Positions 54,313 through 63,056 are shown, numbered from the whole stretch's first letter. The stretch: DNA of 63,067 nucleotides, filler included, from 5 parts of 5 records of this genome joined end to end with filler, not necessarily neighbours in it, one strand, 5' to 3'. The notes: generated from the sequence alone by a model not told the origin. Numbers and translations: made by a program.

Positions 54313-55641
54313 ATGAGTAAAAAAGATGCTATTTTTGAAAAGTTCGGAATAATAGCCACAAGGTTAGGGAACCAGATTCATCTTCGAACACTAAGGGATG
54401 CTTTCGCCACTTTTATGCCTTTTATGATGTTGGCGGGATTTGTTACATTGATCAACTATGTTATTTTAGAGCCAACAGGATTTATGGGAAATATTATTGA
54501 TCCAGCAACATTAACGACGATTCAAGAGATCGGGACTTCCATCAGTAATGGAACGCTAAGTATAACGACACTATTAGTTGTTGCGGCAGTTTCTTATCAT
54601 ATGTGTGTTAGCAGAAATTATACAAATCATATTGCTGCTGTTCTAGTCGCTATTTCAACGTTTATTGTTCTCACCCCTATGATGACGATGTTTACACCAG
54701 AAGGAAGTCAAGAAGCGCTGGAAGTAGGTGGGGTTATTCCTGTCACTCATACTGGTGCGTCAGGAATGTTCGTTGGAATTTTTGTGGGCTTAGCTGCTAC
54801 GGAACTCTTTATTAAGTTATCTAATAATAAAAAGTTACAAATTCAATTGTCAGGAAATATCCCTCCAGCTGTGTTGAAGTCTTTTAACGTCCTTATTCCA
54901 ATCATGATTACCGTGACTACCTTCGCAATTGGTTCATTTGCTGTCAATCAATTATTCAATATGGATGTTAATTCGTTGATTACTACTCTAATCACTGGGC
55001 CTTTAAGTAGGGTAACGACAGGTTTACCAGGGTTCCTCTTAATTACCTCAATTGCAAATCTCTTTTTTGGGTTTGGAATTCATCAAGCAGTGATATCAGG
55101 TTCACTTCTCGATCCGTTCTTGATTCAAAATATGCAAGAGAATATGGCTGCTTATGCGAATAGGGAAGATATTCCACATATCATAAACATGGCATTTAAA
55201 GATACGTTTGCTGTTATGGGAGGGTCAGGAAATACTATTGCTTTGCTAATTGCTATTTTTATCTTTAGTCGTCGTAAAGATTACAAAGACTTTGCAAAAT
55301 TATCCGTAACTCCAGCACTTTTTAATATCAGTGAACCAATCATTTTTGGTTTACCAATTGTTTTCAATATTAGTTTGATTATTCCATTTGTATTGGCGCC
55401 GATTTTTTCCCTAACAGTTGCATATTTTGCGACAGCTGTTGGTTTGATCAATCATGTAGTCGTGCAGATACCTTGGACCACTCCTCCCGTCATATCTGGA
55501 TTTTTAGCAACTGGTGGCGATTGGCGAGCATCAGTCTTACAAATTGCGATCATTGCTGTGAGTGTTTTTATCTACTTACCATTTTTACGTATCGATGAAA
55601 AAGTTACCTCAACAATAGGAAATGAAGAGTCAAATGATTGA
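54313..55641 (+). CDS. PTS lactose/cellobiose-family IIC component
   Basis: LRDAF, GIH, MGGSG, FNISEPIIFGLPIVFN, PWTTP. Confidence 0.95.
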   Translation: MSKKDAIFEKFGIIATRLGNQIHLRTLRDAFATFMPFMMLAGFVTLINYVILEPTGFMGNIIDPATLTTIQEIGTSISNGTLSITTLLVVAAVSYHMCVSRNYTNHIAAVLVAISTFIVLTPMMTMFTPEGSQEALEVGGVIPVTHTGASGMFVGIFVGLAATELFIKLSNNKKLQIQLSGNIPPAVLKSFNVLIPIMITVTTFAIGSFAVNQLFNMDVNSLITTLITGPLSRVTTGLPGFLLITSIANLFFGFGIHQAVISGSLLDPFLIQNMQENMAAYANREDIPHIINMAFKDTFAVMGGSGNTIALLIAIFIFSRRKDYKDFAKLSVTPALFNISEPIIFGLPIVFNISLIIPFVLAPIFSLTVAYFATAVGLINHVVVQIPWTTPPVISGFLATGGDWRASVLQIAIIAVSVFIYLPFLRIDEKVTSTIGNEESND

Positions 55642-55746
55642 GAAGAGGAAACTTCACAAGATTTTTTGAAGTCGTCTCAAACCAAAGGGAAGTGAAACAA
55701 ATAAACTGAACAAATCTATATAACAAAAAGAGACCACATAGATTGC

Positions 55747-55770
55747 TGGGCTCCCCGTCAAGTGGACAAT
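55747..55770 (+). mobile_element. Probable terminal inverted repeat of an IS3-family element at the contig break
   Basis: TGGGCTCCCCGTCAAGTGGACAAT: TG-start and GTCAAGTRGACA pattern recalled from Firmicutes IS3 ends; contig ends here. Confidence 0.5.
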
Positions 55771-55870
55771 NNNNNNNNNNNNNNNNNNNNNNNNNNNNNN
55801 NNNNNNNNNNNNNNTTAATTAATTAANNNNNNNNNNNNNNNNNNNNNNNNNNNNNNNNNNNNNNNNNNNN
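55771..55870. other. Artificial contig spacer
   Basis: N run + TTAATTAATTAA. Confidence 0.98.
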
Positions 55871-55944
55871 GGATCTTCATACTCGTGCGTCAGTACTGGC
55901 CGTGAACGTCATGTCCACCCGGGTGGAGAAAGGGGCTGATTAGG

Positions 55945-56271
55945 ATGAAAGCGTTGCGTAAGGCCGATTTCGAGGCGGAAATTTTGGGGAGCGACCTTCC
56001 CGTTGTCGTTGAAATATGGGGAGATTGGTGAGCCACCTGTCAGATATTGACGGCTCAGGTTGAGACCCTCGCAAAGGAAGAGTACAGGGGAAAAGTCAAT
56101 TTTTATGTTGTGAACGCCGCCGCGGACCGGGCTCTCATAGACTTCTTGAATATCAAAGGCGTTCCGTCATTTTTATTTTACAAAAACGGTCAGCTTTACG
56201 ACACTTTGTCGGGCAATCATCTCAAGAAAGATAATGTCAGAGATAAAACGGATGAGTTGTTGTTTTCTTGA
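55945..56271 (+). CDS. Selenocysteine-containing thioredoxin (WGDW-U-ATC), 108 aa
   Basis: ATG 55945: MKALRKADFEAEILGSDLPVVVEIWGDW-TGA(56029-56031)-ATCQ..., in frame with GVPSFLFYKNG; TGA at first Cys of CxxC. Confidence 0.88.
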
Positions 56272-56284
56272 ACTTGAAGACATT

Positions 56285-57109
56285 TTATGGTGTGTAATCT
56301 CCGGGTTTCATGGTTTTCACCTTCTTCAGTACCTGAAGCGATTTTTCCAGATCTCCGGGATCGAAGACTTCCAGATTGAGGATTCCGGTATACCCATAAT
56401 CATCTAGACAATGAAACCAGGATTGCACCCTTTCCACCGGCAACACGTCCAACCCCAGATGCTCATCCCACCCCGTAACGCCATGGATATGAATTTCCTT
56501 GATCACCGGCAAATATCGCCTCAGTGTTTCCCCAACCGATTCCTTGCCCAATAGCAGGTGTCCGATATCCAGGCACAATGCACAAAGGCCTTGCCGCCGG
56601 ATGAATTCCAGCAAATCGGGGCTGTAGTTGATATTTTCCAACAGAAGCCTTTGAAACAGTCCTGTCTCTGCTTGAATATGTTCAAGGCTCGTTACGGCCC
56701 TGTCTGCCCAGGCAGCATACATGAACCGGTCTTTGTCCATGATGTAGCATCCGGGCTCCGCGGTCAGGGTCGGTGTGGTGATGGGAATGTGAAGAATGTG
56801 ATACTCGGGAGCAAGTTCATTTAATTGTGCAATGATTTTTGTTGCCATGCCGACAGCAACATCCCGTTTCAGCTCACTTTCCGCTGCAATTTCAAGGGAG
56901 GCGGGCAAATGGACGGAATAGGTTAAATTATGTTCTGATTTTATCTCTTTCAGGGAAAGAATCTCTTCCGCTGTTGGAATATTATGAAGTTCCGGCGTAT
57001 GAAAAATGACAATTTCAATGTGGTTGACAATATGGGAAAGTCTTTTGACGTTTTCGATCAGATCCATGCCGAAAACCATGGATGGCGCACTGATAACAGG
57101 TGGACGCAT
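56285..57109 (-). CDS. AP-endonuclease-2/TIM-barrel protein, CbiR-like cobamide remodelling phosphodiesterase
   Basis: VHLP, LLENI, CLDIGH, HIHG..DEH, LEVF; corrinoid gene context; start ATG 57109. Confidence 0.7.
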   Translation of the reverse strand: MRPPVISAPSMVFGMDLIENVKRLSHIVNHIEIVIFHTPELHNIPTAEEILSLKEIKSEHNLTYSVHLPASLEIAAESELKRDVAVGMATKIIAQLNELAPEYHILHIPITTPTLTAEPGCYIMDKDRFMYAAWADRAVTSLEHIQAETGLFQRLLLENINYSPDLLEFIRRQGLCALCLDIGHLLLGKESVGETLRRYLPVIKEIHIHGVTGWDEHLGLDVLPVERVQSWFHCLDDYGYTGILNLEVFDPGDLEKSLQVLKKVKTMKPGDYTP

Positions 57110-57194
57110 TGATGCCCCCGAATGATTTGATGCCTTGTGAGATTTGAAAAGAAGTGACTTCCACAAATCAAGAACAGGAGTTCCGATGGCGCCA

Positions 57195-57392
57195 TCAGGC
57201 TTCGGCCATGGCTTCCTGAACAAGGTCCCTTAAACAGTGGGGAAAACGTTTTATGATCGGTTCCGTGACCCTGTTTTTATGTTCCAATACACACTCACAA
57301 CAAAGACCGTGTCTTGGGCATTCCGTCTTTGGACAGGAACAATATTCGTTTATGTTTGTCCTGACCGGGCACGCTATGTCGTTTTTTTCCAT
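57195..57392 (-). CDS. Small Cys-rich protein (DUF6485-like)
   Basis: CSCPKTECPRHGLCCECV..H...PHC; GGGAGG RBS. Confidence 0.78.
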   Translation of the reverse strand: MEKNDIACPVRTNINEYCSCPKTECPRHGLCCECVLEHKNRVTEPIIKRFPHCLRDLVQEAMAEA

Positions 57393-57549
57393 CCTATGCC
57401 TCCCTCGTAGCAGTATTTATGGGGAGAGCTACCACAAATCCGGGTAAATTGAAATTAGAAAAGGGTATATTTTTAATGGAGAAGATGATACCAAGGATCG
57501 TGCTCTGCGGCATTATCATTTCGGAAACTCCAAGATCAGGAGGTGTATA

Positions 57550-58056
57550 ATGACGGAAGATTATCAGCAACTGATTGACAAATGCATTCAAATGGGGGCG
57601 GACGATGCAAAGTTGATTGAAACCGCTCAAGTTGTTTTTGACCCTCGCTCCCACCTGAAATGCCGCTTCGGGTGCAATCGCTGGGGGAAATTCTGGACCT
57701 GTCCTCCCCACAACGGCATTTCCCAGGAAATGTTCATGGAATCTTTCGAAAAATACGATGTGGGGCTGGTGATTAAAACGGCCGATCCCAAACTGGGCCA
57801 GGATATATCCCTTGCCGTTGAGAAGGAGGCCCTTCTTTCCCACGGTGCTGCCTTTGCCTTTGCCCTGGCTTTGTGTGTGAAATGTGATGAATGTTCCTAC
57901 CCTGATCCCTGTCTCTTTCCGGGTGATGCCCGCCCATCCATGGATGCTTACGGCATGGATATCGGGAAAACCGTTGCCACCTTGGACTTTAAGGTCGAGT
58001 TCAATGAAGAGGGGCAACTTCTTCCCGCCTGGTATTCCATGGTTTTGTTGGACTGA
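57550..58056 (+). CDS. DUF2284 metal-binding protein
   Basis: KC.FGC..WG..WTCPP; C..C..C; RPSMDAYGMD. Confidence 0.9.
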   Translation: MTEDYQQLIDKCIQMGADDAKLIETAQVVFDPRSHLKCRFGCNRWGKFWTCPPHNGISQEMFMESFEKYDVGLVIKTADPKLGQDISLAVEKEALLSHGAAFAFALALCVKCDECSYPDPCLFPGDARPSMDAYGMDIGKTVATLDFKVEFNEEGQLLPAWYSMVLLD

Positions 58057-58097
58057 TATATTGCGTTGCCGTCCGGTGAAGTCTTGTTGAAAGGGAA

Positions 58098-58754
58098 ATG
58101 AATATGTCCGTGGGGGTTATTTGCTGCCGTGTTCTTGAAGCCGAGATGAGAACGGTCATTCAGGATTTTCCGGATGTTTCTCATTTGGAAATCATGGAAT
58201 GGGGGCTTCATATCGAGCCGGATCTGCTTCTTGAAACCGTGACCGCGAAGATTATGGCGCTCCAGGAAAAAGTGGACGTCATTGTCTTAGGTTATGGCCG
58301 TTGTCAGATTCTGGATCAGCTTTCCGATGGTTTCAACGTTCCCGTCTTTCGTCCCCAAGCAGATGACTGTATCGGTGTTCTTCTTGGGCAGGAGCAATAC
58401 GAAAAAGCGCTTCTGGAAGAGGGGGGGACATGGTTCTTTACCCCCGGATGGACCGAGCTGGGAATGGATTTTATTTTTCATGAACTTCAACTCAGCCGGT
58501 TGGGGGAAAAGGGCTTGGATCCCATGCAATTGGCCCAGCGCATGTTAAAGGATTTTACGCGGGGGCTCTTTGTTGAAGTCAATTCGGGGGATCATGAAGA
58601 ATTGGAAAAAAAGGCACGGGAGATATCCAAAACCTTTAACCTGAGGTTCGAGAAAAAACCGGGGACGCTTTCCGTGCTTCGGAATACCCTCAATGCGGCA
58701 AGGAAAATGGTATCCCCGGGAAATGGCGTGGTTTCCACGGCGAGGAGGTGCTGA
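58098..58754 (+). CDS. DUF1638 domain protein
   Basis: ICC.VLE.E, GLH..PD.L, LGYG.C, DDCI.VLLG, FFTPGW. Confidence 0.88.
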   Translation: MNMSVGVICCRVLEAEMRTVIQDFPDVSHLEIMEWGLHIEPDLLLETVTAKIMALQEKVDVIVLGYGRCQILDQLSDGFNVPVFRPQADDCIGVLLGQEQYEKALLEEGGTWFFTPGWTELGMDFIFHELQLSRLGEKGLDPMQLAQRMLKDFTRGLFVEVNSGDHEELEKKAREISKTFNLRFEKKPGTLSVLRNTLNAARKMVSPGNGVVSTARRC

Positions 58755-59800
58755 TGACCCCTTTGGAAAGATTCATGGCCGCTGTTCAGTTTAAAGAGGC
58801 GGACCGCGTACCCTGTGTGCCGCTCATCTGCGGTGCCTCCAGGAGAATTTATGGATGCAACTTTGAAGAATGGTCCACGAGTGCCGATATTGCAGCCGGG
58901 GCACTGCTTCAGGCTCAGGAACTCTTTGGATTCGATGCTATTTTAACCGAGATCGATCTCAATGTGGAAGCCTCCGACCTGGGCCAGGAAACGCTGTTTT
59001 CTCCCGATGATCAGGCTTGTTCAAATTTCCAAAATTCGTTCATCAAAAAACCTCAAGATTATCTGACGAAAATTAAACCGGTTGACCCTTCAAAAACGGA
59101 ACGGATGTCCGAACATATTCGAATGTGCGACATCCTTATGAATGAAGCTGGAAAAAAAGTCCCGGTCTTTGGTTTTGTCTATGGCCCCTTGGGTGTTCTG
59201 TCCGTCCTGCGGGGACCTGAATTGCTTTTCTCCGACTGTATGAAATACCCGGAAGAGGTACAACATGCACTCTCCATTATCACCCATATGCTGGGAGACT
59301 ATATTCGTGCGCTTGCAAAAACCGGGATACATGCCATATGGATGGAGACACTGTTCGGTTGTCACAAGCAGATGAGTAAGAAATTCTGGTTGGAGACCGA
59401 AGGTGTTCATCTGCAGCGACTTGCCGAGGTTATTCGAGAGTGCGGTCTTATGCTGATCGCACACAGTTCCGGCGTGGACTTCTATCTCGATGCCCACATG
59501 GAAACCATGGCCCCTGATGCCATTTCCTGCGCCTGGCTTCCGGATGGGTTTTCAGACTGGCCCCAGGTTAAGCAAACGTGTGCCGAAAAGGTTTGCATTA
59601 TGGGCCATGTCCATCCCATTGATTGTCTTTACCTGGGTCGTGCGGAGGAGGTCAGGGAGGAATGTAAAAACCAGATTGGGGAAATGGCCCAGGGTGGGGG
59701 GTTTGTTCTGGCCCCCGGATGGGAATTCCCCTACGATGCATCCCTGCTCAACGCAAAGGCCATGATGGACGCCGCAACGCTTTATGGGAAATATGCATAA
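58754..59800 (+). CDS. URO-D superfamily methylcobamide methyltransferase (MtaA/CmuA, MT2-like)
   Basis: MTPLERF..A......DRVP, DL.VEA, GP, GGGFVLAPG; Zn motif altered (AHSSG; APGWE). Confidence 0.85.
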   Translation: MTPLERFMAAVQFKEADRVPCVPLICGASRRIYGCNFEEWSTSADIAAGALLQAQELFGFDAILTEIDLNVEASDLGQETLFSPDDQACSNFQNSFIKKPQDYLTKIKPVDPSKTERMSEHIRMCDILMNEAGKKVPVFGFVYGPLGVLSVLRGPELLFSDCMKYPEEVQHALSIITHMLGDYIRALAKTGIHAIWMETLFGCHKQMSKKFWLETEGVHLQRLAEVIRECGLMLIAHSSGVDFYLDAHMETMAPDAISCAWLPDGFSDWPQVKQTCAEKVCIMGHVHPIDCLYLGRAEEVREECKNQIGEMAQGGGFVLAPGWEFPYDASLLNAKAMMDAATLYGKYA

Positions 59801-59818
59801 AGTTTGCAGAAAGCGCCA

Positions 59819-60577
59819 TTACGAGGACCCGGGCTTTTCCCCACGGAACAAAACACCTTTGGTTTTGGGTGTGCTGTTAAAGCCCGTTTCTCCAACAAGT
59901 TCGGCTTTTTCAAAGCCGACGCTTTTTAACAGAGCCAGGAAATCCATTCCCGGTATGGTACCGCCTTCTCACTGAAACCAACCGGCAAGACGGGCCTTCA
60001 TGTCCATTTTTATGCCGCCGGAAGCAACCTGGTCCGCCACCATCAGTCGCCCTCCGGGTTTTAGGACCCTGAAGATTTCCGTCAAAGCACTTTCTTTGTC
60101 GGGGATCAAGTTGATGGCCCCGTTACTAATCACCACTTCAAATGACTCGTCGGGAAACGGCAGATTTTCACCGGACGATTTTTTAAACGTAACATTTTTA
60201 AGGCCGGTCATTTTTAGGTTGGTTTCTGCGCGTGCAAGCATTTCCGGCACAATGTCCACCCCAACCACATGTCCCCTCTCCCCGGTCATCATGGCGGCCA
60301 GAATTGCCTCCACGCCTGCGCCGCAGCCGATATCCAGGATCTGATCTCCGGTATTGATTTTGCCCAAAGAATATGGATTCCCCACACCACAGTAGGTGGA
60401 AGCGACGGCATCCGGCAGTCTATCAATCAACGTTTGGTCATAATTGAGTGTTTCAAGACCTTTTTTGCCTGTGGGGTATATGAATTGTCCTTCGGGGCTT
60501 TTTGCAACGCCGATGTATTTTTCACGAATGCCCGCTTCGATTTTTTCAAGGTCATCCATGGTGATTTGAAAATCCAT
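59819..60577 (-). CDS. Selenocysteine-containing ArsM-like SAM methyltransferase, 252 aa
   Basis: YCGVGNP, LDIGCGAG, VISNG, LKPGG; TGA 59969-59971 in GWFQ-U-EGG; frame continues 49 codons (GMDFLALLKSVGFEKAE...) to TAA 59819. Confidence 0.82.
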
Positions 60578-61100
60578 GATTCTATTTCCTCCAATATGGC
60601 AATGGCAAGATCACACAGCATGCACCCTTTCTGTTTGGCAACGATTTCGATCATTGTTTTTTGGGGGGTCATATGCCGATTATCCTTTTCGGTTCCCAAA
60701 TAAAAAATTGTTTATCCCCAAATCTTTTCATTCGGAGAAAAGAGATGGGGTTTTAAGCATCTAAGCTTCAGGCTGCTTTAAGGCGCATTTATAAAACATA
60801 TAAATATATATTTATATATTGTCAACATATGTGTAAAAAAATCCGCCGAAAGGCAGGGCTTTTTTTACACGGGAGATGGCAGGTTCAGCGATTACGGCAT
60901 TAAAGATTTCAAGCTTTCGCCCTCCGTCGTCGCACGCCCCCCTGGTCCACAATGGGAAAGACGGGCGTATCGTCACCGATTTGGGCTTCGGTCGGGAGAA
61001 ACTCCACGTAGGGGATCTTCTTTTGGGAGCAGCTTTCTTTGCGGAGGGGGAACTTCATCGGGGGATCGGTTTTGCCGATCCCCCGAGAAGAAAAGCGCCG

Positions 61101-61136
61101 GCCCCGGTGCGCCGTTGTTGACCGGCGGCACCGGGG
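61101..61136 (-). terminator. GC-rich hairpin just downstream of mtaA-like gene
   Basis: CCCCGGTGC..GCCG / CGGC..GCACCGGGG stem. Confidence 0.55.
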
Positions 61137-61147
61137 TGAATGCGTGA

Positions 61148-62200
61148 TTACAGACGTCCCACGGCCGGGCTCGGTCCTTTACCGTATTCCCTGGCCGTCT
61201 TTACGATGGCACGCATGTTTTCTTCCTTGATGTCCGGCCACAGATCGCATCCGGGCCACACAGCGTCCACACCGCCGTCGATGTTGGTTTTGATGCCTTC
61301 TATGGCTTCTTCCACTGTGGTCTCTTCCTTGCAGGGAAGTTCAAACACGTCAAAGTTTCCGAACAGGAGCACGTCGTCGCCCAGTTTTTTGCGTGATTCA
61401 ACCAGATTATTCTTGATGTCCACACTGAGGGCGTCCGCGCCGCACTCGTTCATCATTTCGATGATCAGGTCCGTGGCGCCGCAGATGTGCAGCACTTTGG
61501 GGGATTCCCATGCATCGAGGATTTTTTTCACGCGGGGCTGGATCATCTTTTTCCAGGTTCTCGGGCTGAGCAGATCCGAACCGGTGGCCATCTCGCGCAG
61601 GGTGATATAGTCAGCGCCGGCGGCCTGATAGGCTTTACCCACTTCGATGATCATGTCGGTGATTTGATCAAGGGCTCTTTCGACGAGGTCCTTCTGTTTG
61701 AACACGCCTTTGAGCAGAACATCGAGCTCCAGGAGCTGACCGGCCATGGTGAACGGTCCGAGCTGCCACGCACCGATGGCGTGGTCGGGGGCTTCTTTTT
61801 TAGCGATTTTGATGGCTTCAACGACCATGGGCATGCGGCCTTTTTCCATGATACCTGCGGGGATATCTAACTGATCCAGCTGTTTCCATATTTTTTCCGG
61901 GATGGTGGGATAGAGAATATCCATGGAATTTTCATACAGGCTGATGGTATTGCCGAGGGCTTCCGATTCGCAGGTCATGTCGAAAGGAACGATCACCGAA
62001 TCAAAATCAAACATCTTGGCGGAAAGCACGGCCGCCTGGGCAAGTTTGTTTGCATCGGTGTGCACCGTGGGGAAGGCATAGCCCAGTTCATTAATGGCCG
62101 GCATCACCACCATGCCGTAACCGCTGAAAAACGGCATGGTATCAACGGGTTCTTTTTTGAAAACTCTCATGACTCTTTCTTTAGGTGTTAACGCTGCCAT
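61148..62200 (-). CDS. MtaA/CmuA family methylcobamide:thiol methyltransferase (MT2)
   Basis: PFDMTCESEALG, GPFT, LHICG and PGC zinc ligands intact; AAGGAG RBS, ATG 62200. Confidence 0.9.
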   Translation of the reverse strand: MAALTPKERVMRVFKKEPVDTMPFFSGYGMVVMPAINELGYAFPTVHTDANKLAQAAVLSAKMFDFDSVIVPFDMTCESEALGNTISLYENSMDILYPTIPEKIWKQLDQLDIPAGIMEKGRMPMVVEAIKIAKKEAPDHAIGAWQLGPFTMAGQLLELDVLLKGVFKQKDLVERALDQITDMIIEVGKAYQAAGADYITLREMATGSDLLSPRTWKKMIQPRVKKILDAWESPKVLHICGATDLIIEMMNECGADALSVDIKNNLVESRKKLGDDVLLFGNFDVFELPCKEETTVEEAIEGIKTNIDGGVDAVWPGCDLWPDIKEENMRAIVKTAREYGKGPSPAVGRL

Positions 62201-62757
62201 AAAATATTTGCTCCTTTTTTCAATGTTACCCAAATTGAACCATTTGTATTTTGGAAATGGTTGAAGTCGAAATAGAAACTATTCTCTCTAAGTTTCCGTG
62301 GCAACCACCTCTGAGGTGGGCGGCCTAAAAAAATCGCTCAAATTGAGTGTTGGTAGATTGGTTTCCGGGTTCAGGTCCACGGGATTACCGTGGCCATGAT
62401 ATCGATGCACCAGCAATGGCATGATCGAACACCGAACGCTTTCCATTGTTGCCCATTCACAGAACCGCTACTAAAACCATATTCAGCGCATCCAGTCAAC
62501 TAGCGTTTAGACGAATTTTGATGGTTCATGGGTCTAATTTTGGAGAATATCGGGTCTATACAACTCAAACAATATCCCCTCGCGAATACGGGACCCGGAA
62601 TTATAAATTTCAAAACGGGTAATTTTCTCCCGTTAGGGGTATTATTACCCGAAATTCAATATCTTTAATGATATTAATAAATTATGGCAAAATGCCCTCA
62701 GCTTATGCTACAAAATACCCCAAAACTATCCGCATTCATGTGCGCCATTAATCTCAT

Positions 62758-62815
62758 TAAATAATTGATTTATATTGTAAAAGGCAAAATATTGGAAGCA
62801 GGCGCGGAATTTGCA
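62758..62815 (+). promoter_or_regulatory. IHF site plus sigma-54 (-24/-12) promoter
   Basis: AATCAA-TTAT-TTA on minus strand (62758-62770) matches WATCAANNNNTTR; AGGCGCGGAATTTGCA with GG-N10-GC at 62801-62814. Confidence 0.7.
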
Positions 62816-63056
62816 TCAAAGCGGCCAAAAAGGGAAACGTAACACCGTTTTCAGGAAATCTTATATGGGGTTTGATAAGCCCCGATATCCTTATGGGAGC
62901 ACAAGCAACCCAAAATGCACCCTTGGGTGTGTTTTCCCCTATCAGGATGTTTGAGCGATTTCCCGTCAGTTATGGAGAAAGGAGGTGTTGATGTAAGATC
63001 ATCAGAATCGAGTGTCAATCTTTTAAATGAAAAAGCGGTAAGAAAGGAGAGTCCAA

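Noticed and set aside
58054-58056. TGA stops of DUF2284, DUF1638 and the Cys-rich protein as extra Sec codons
   Set aside because: They fall at natural-looking C-termini with no homologous continuation.
60831-60890. Possible c-di-GMP-I riboswitch (GCC-GAAA-GGC) or cobalamin riboswitch (ACCTGCC on minus strand)
   Set aside because: Remaining conserved elements (GGCAAA/ACGCAAAG; GCCACTG/GGGAAG) are not visible; would need an Rfam scan.
62973-62995. Strong SD AAAGGAGGTG followed by TTG/ATG
   Set aside because: ATG is immediately followed by TAA; no supportable ORF.
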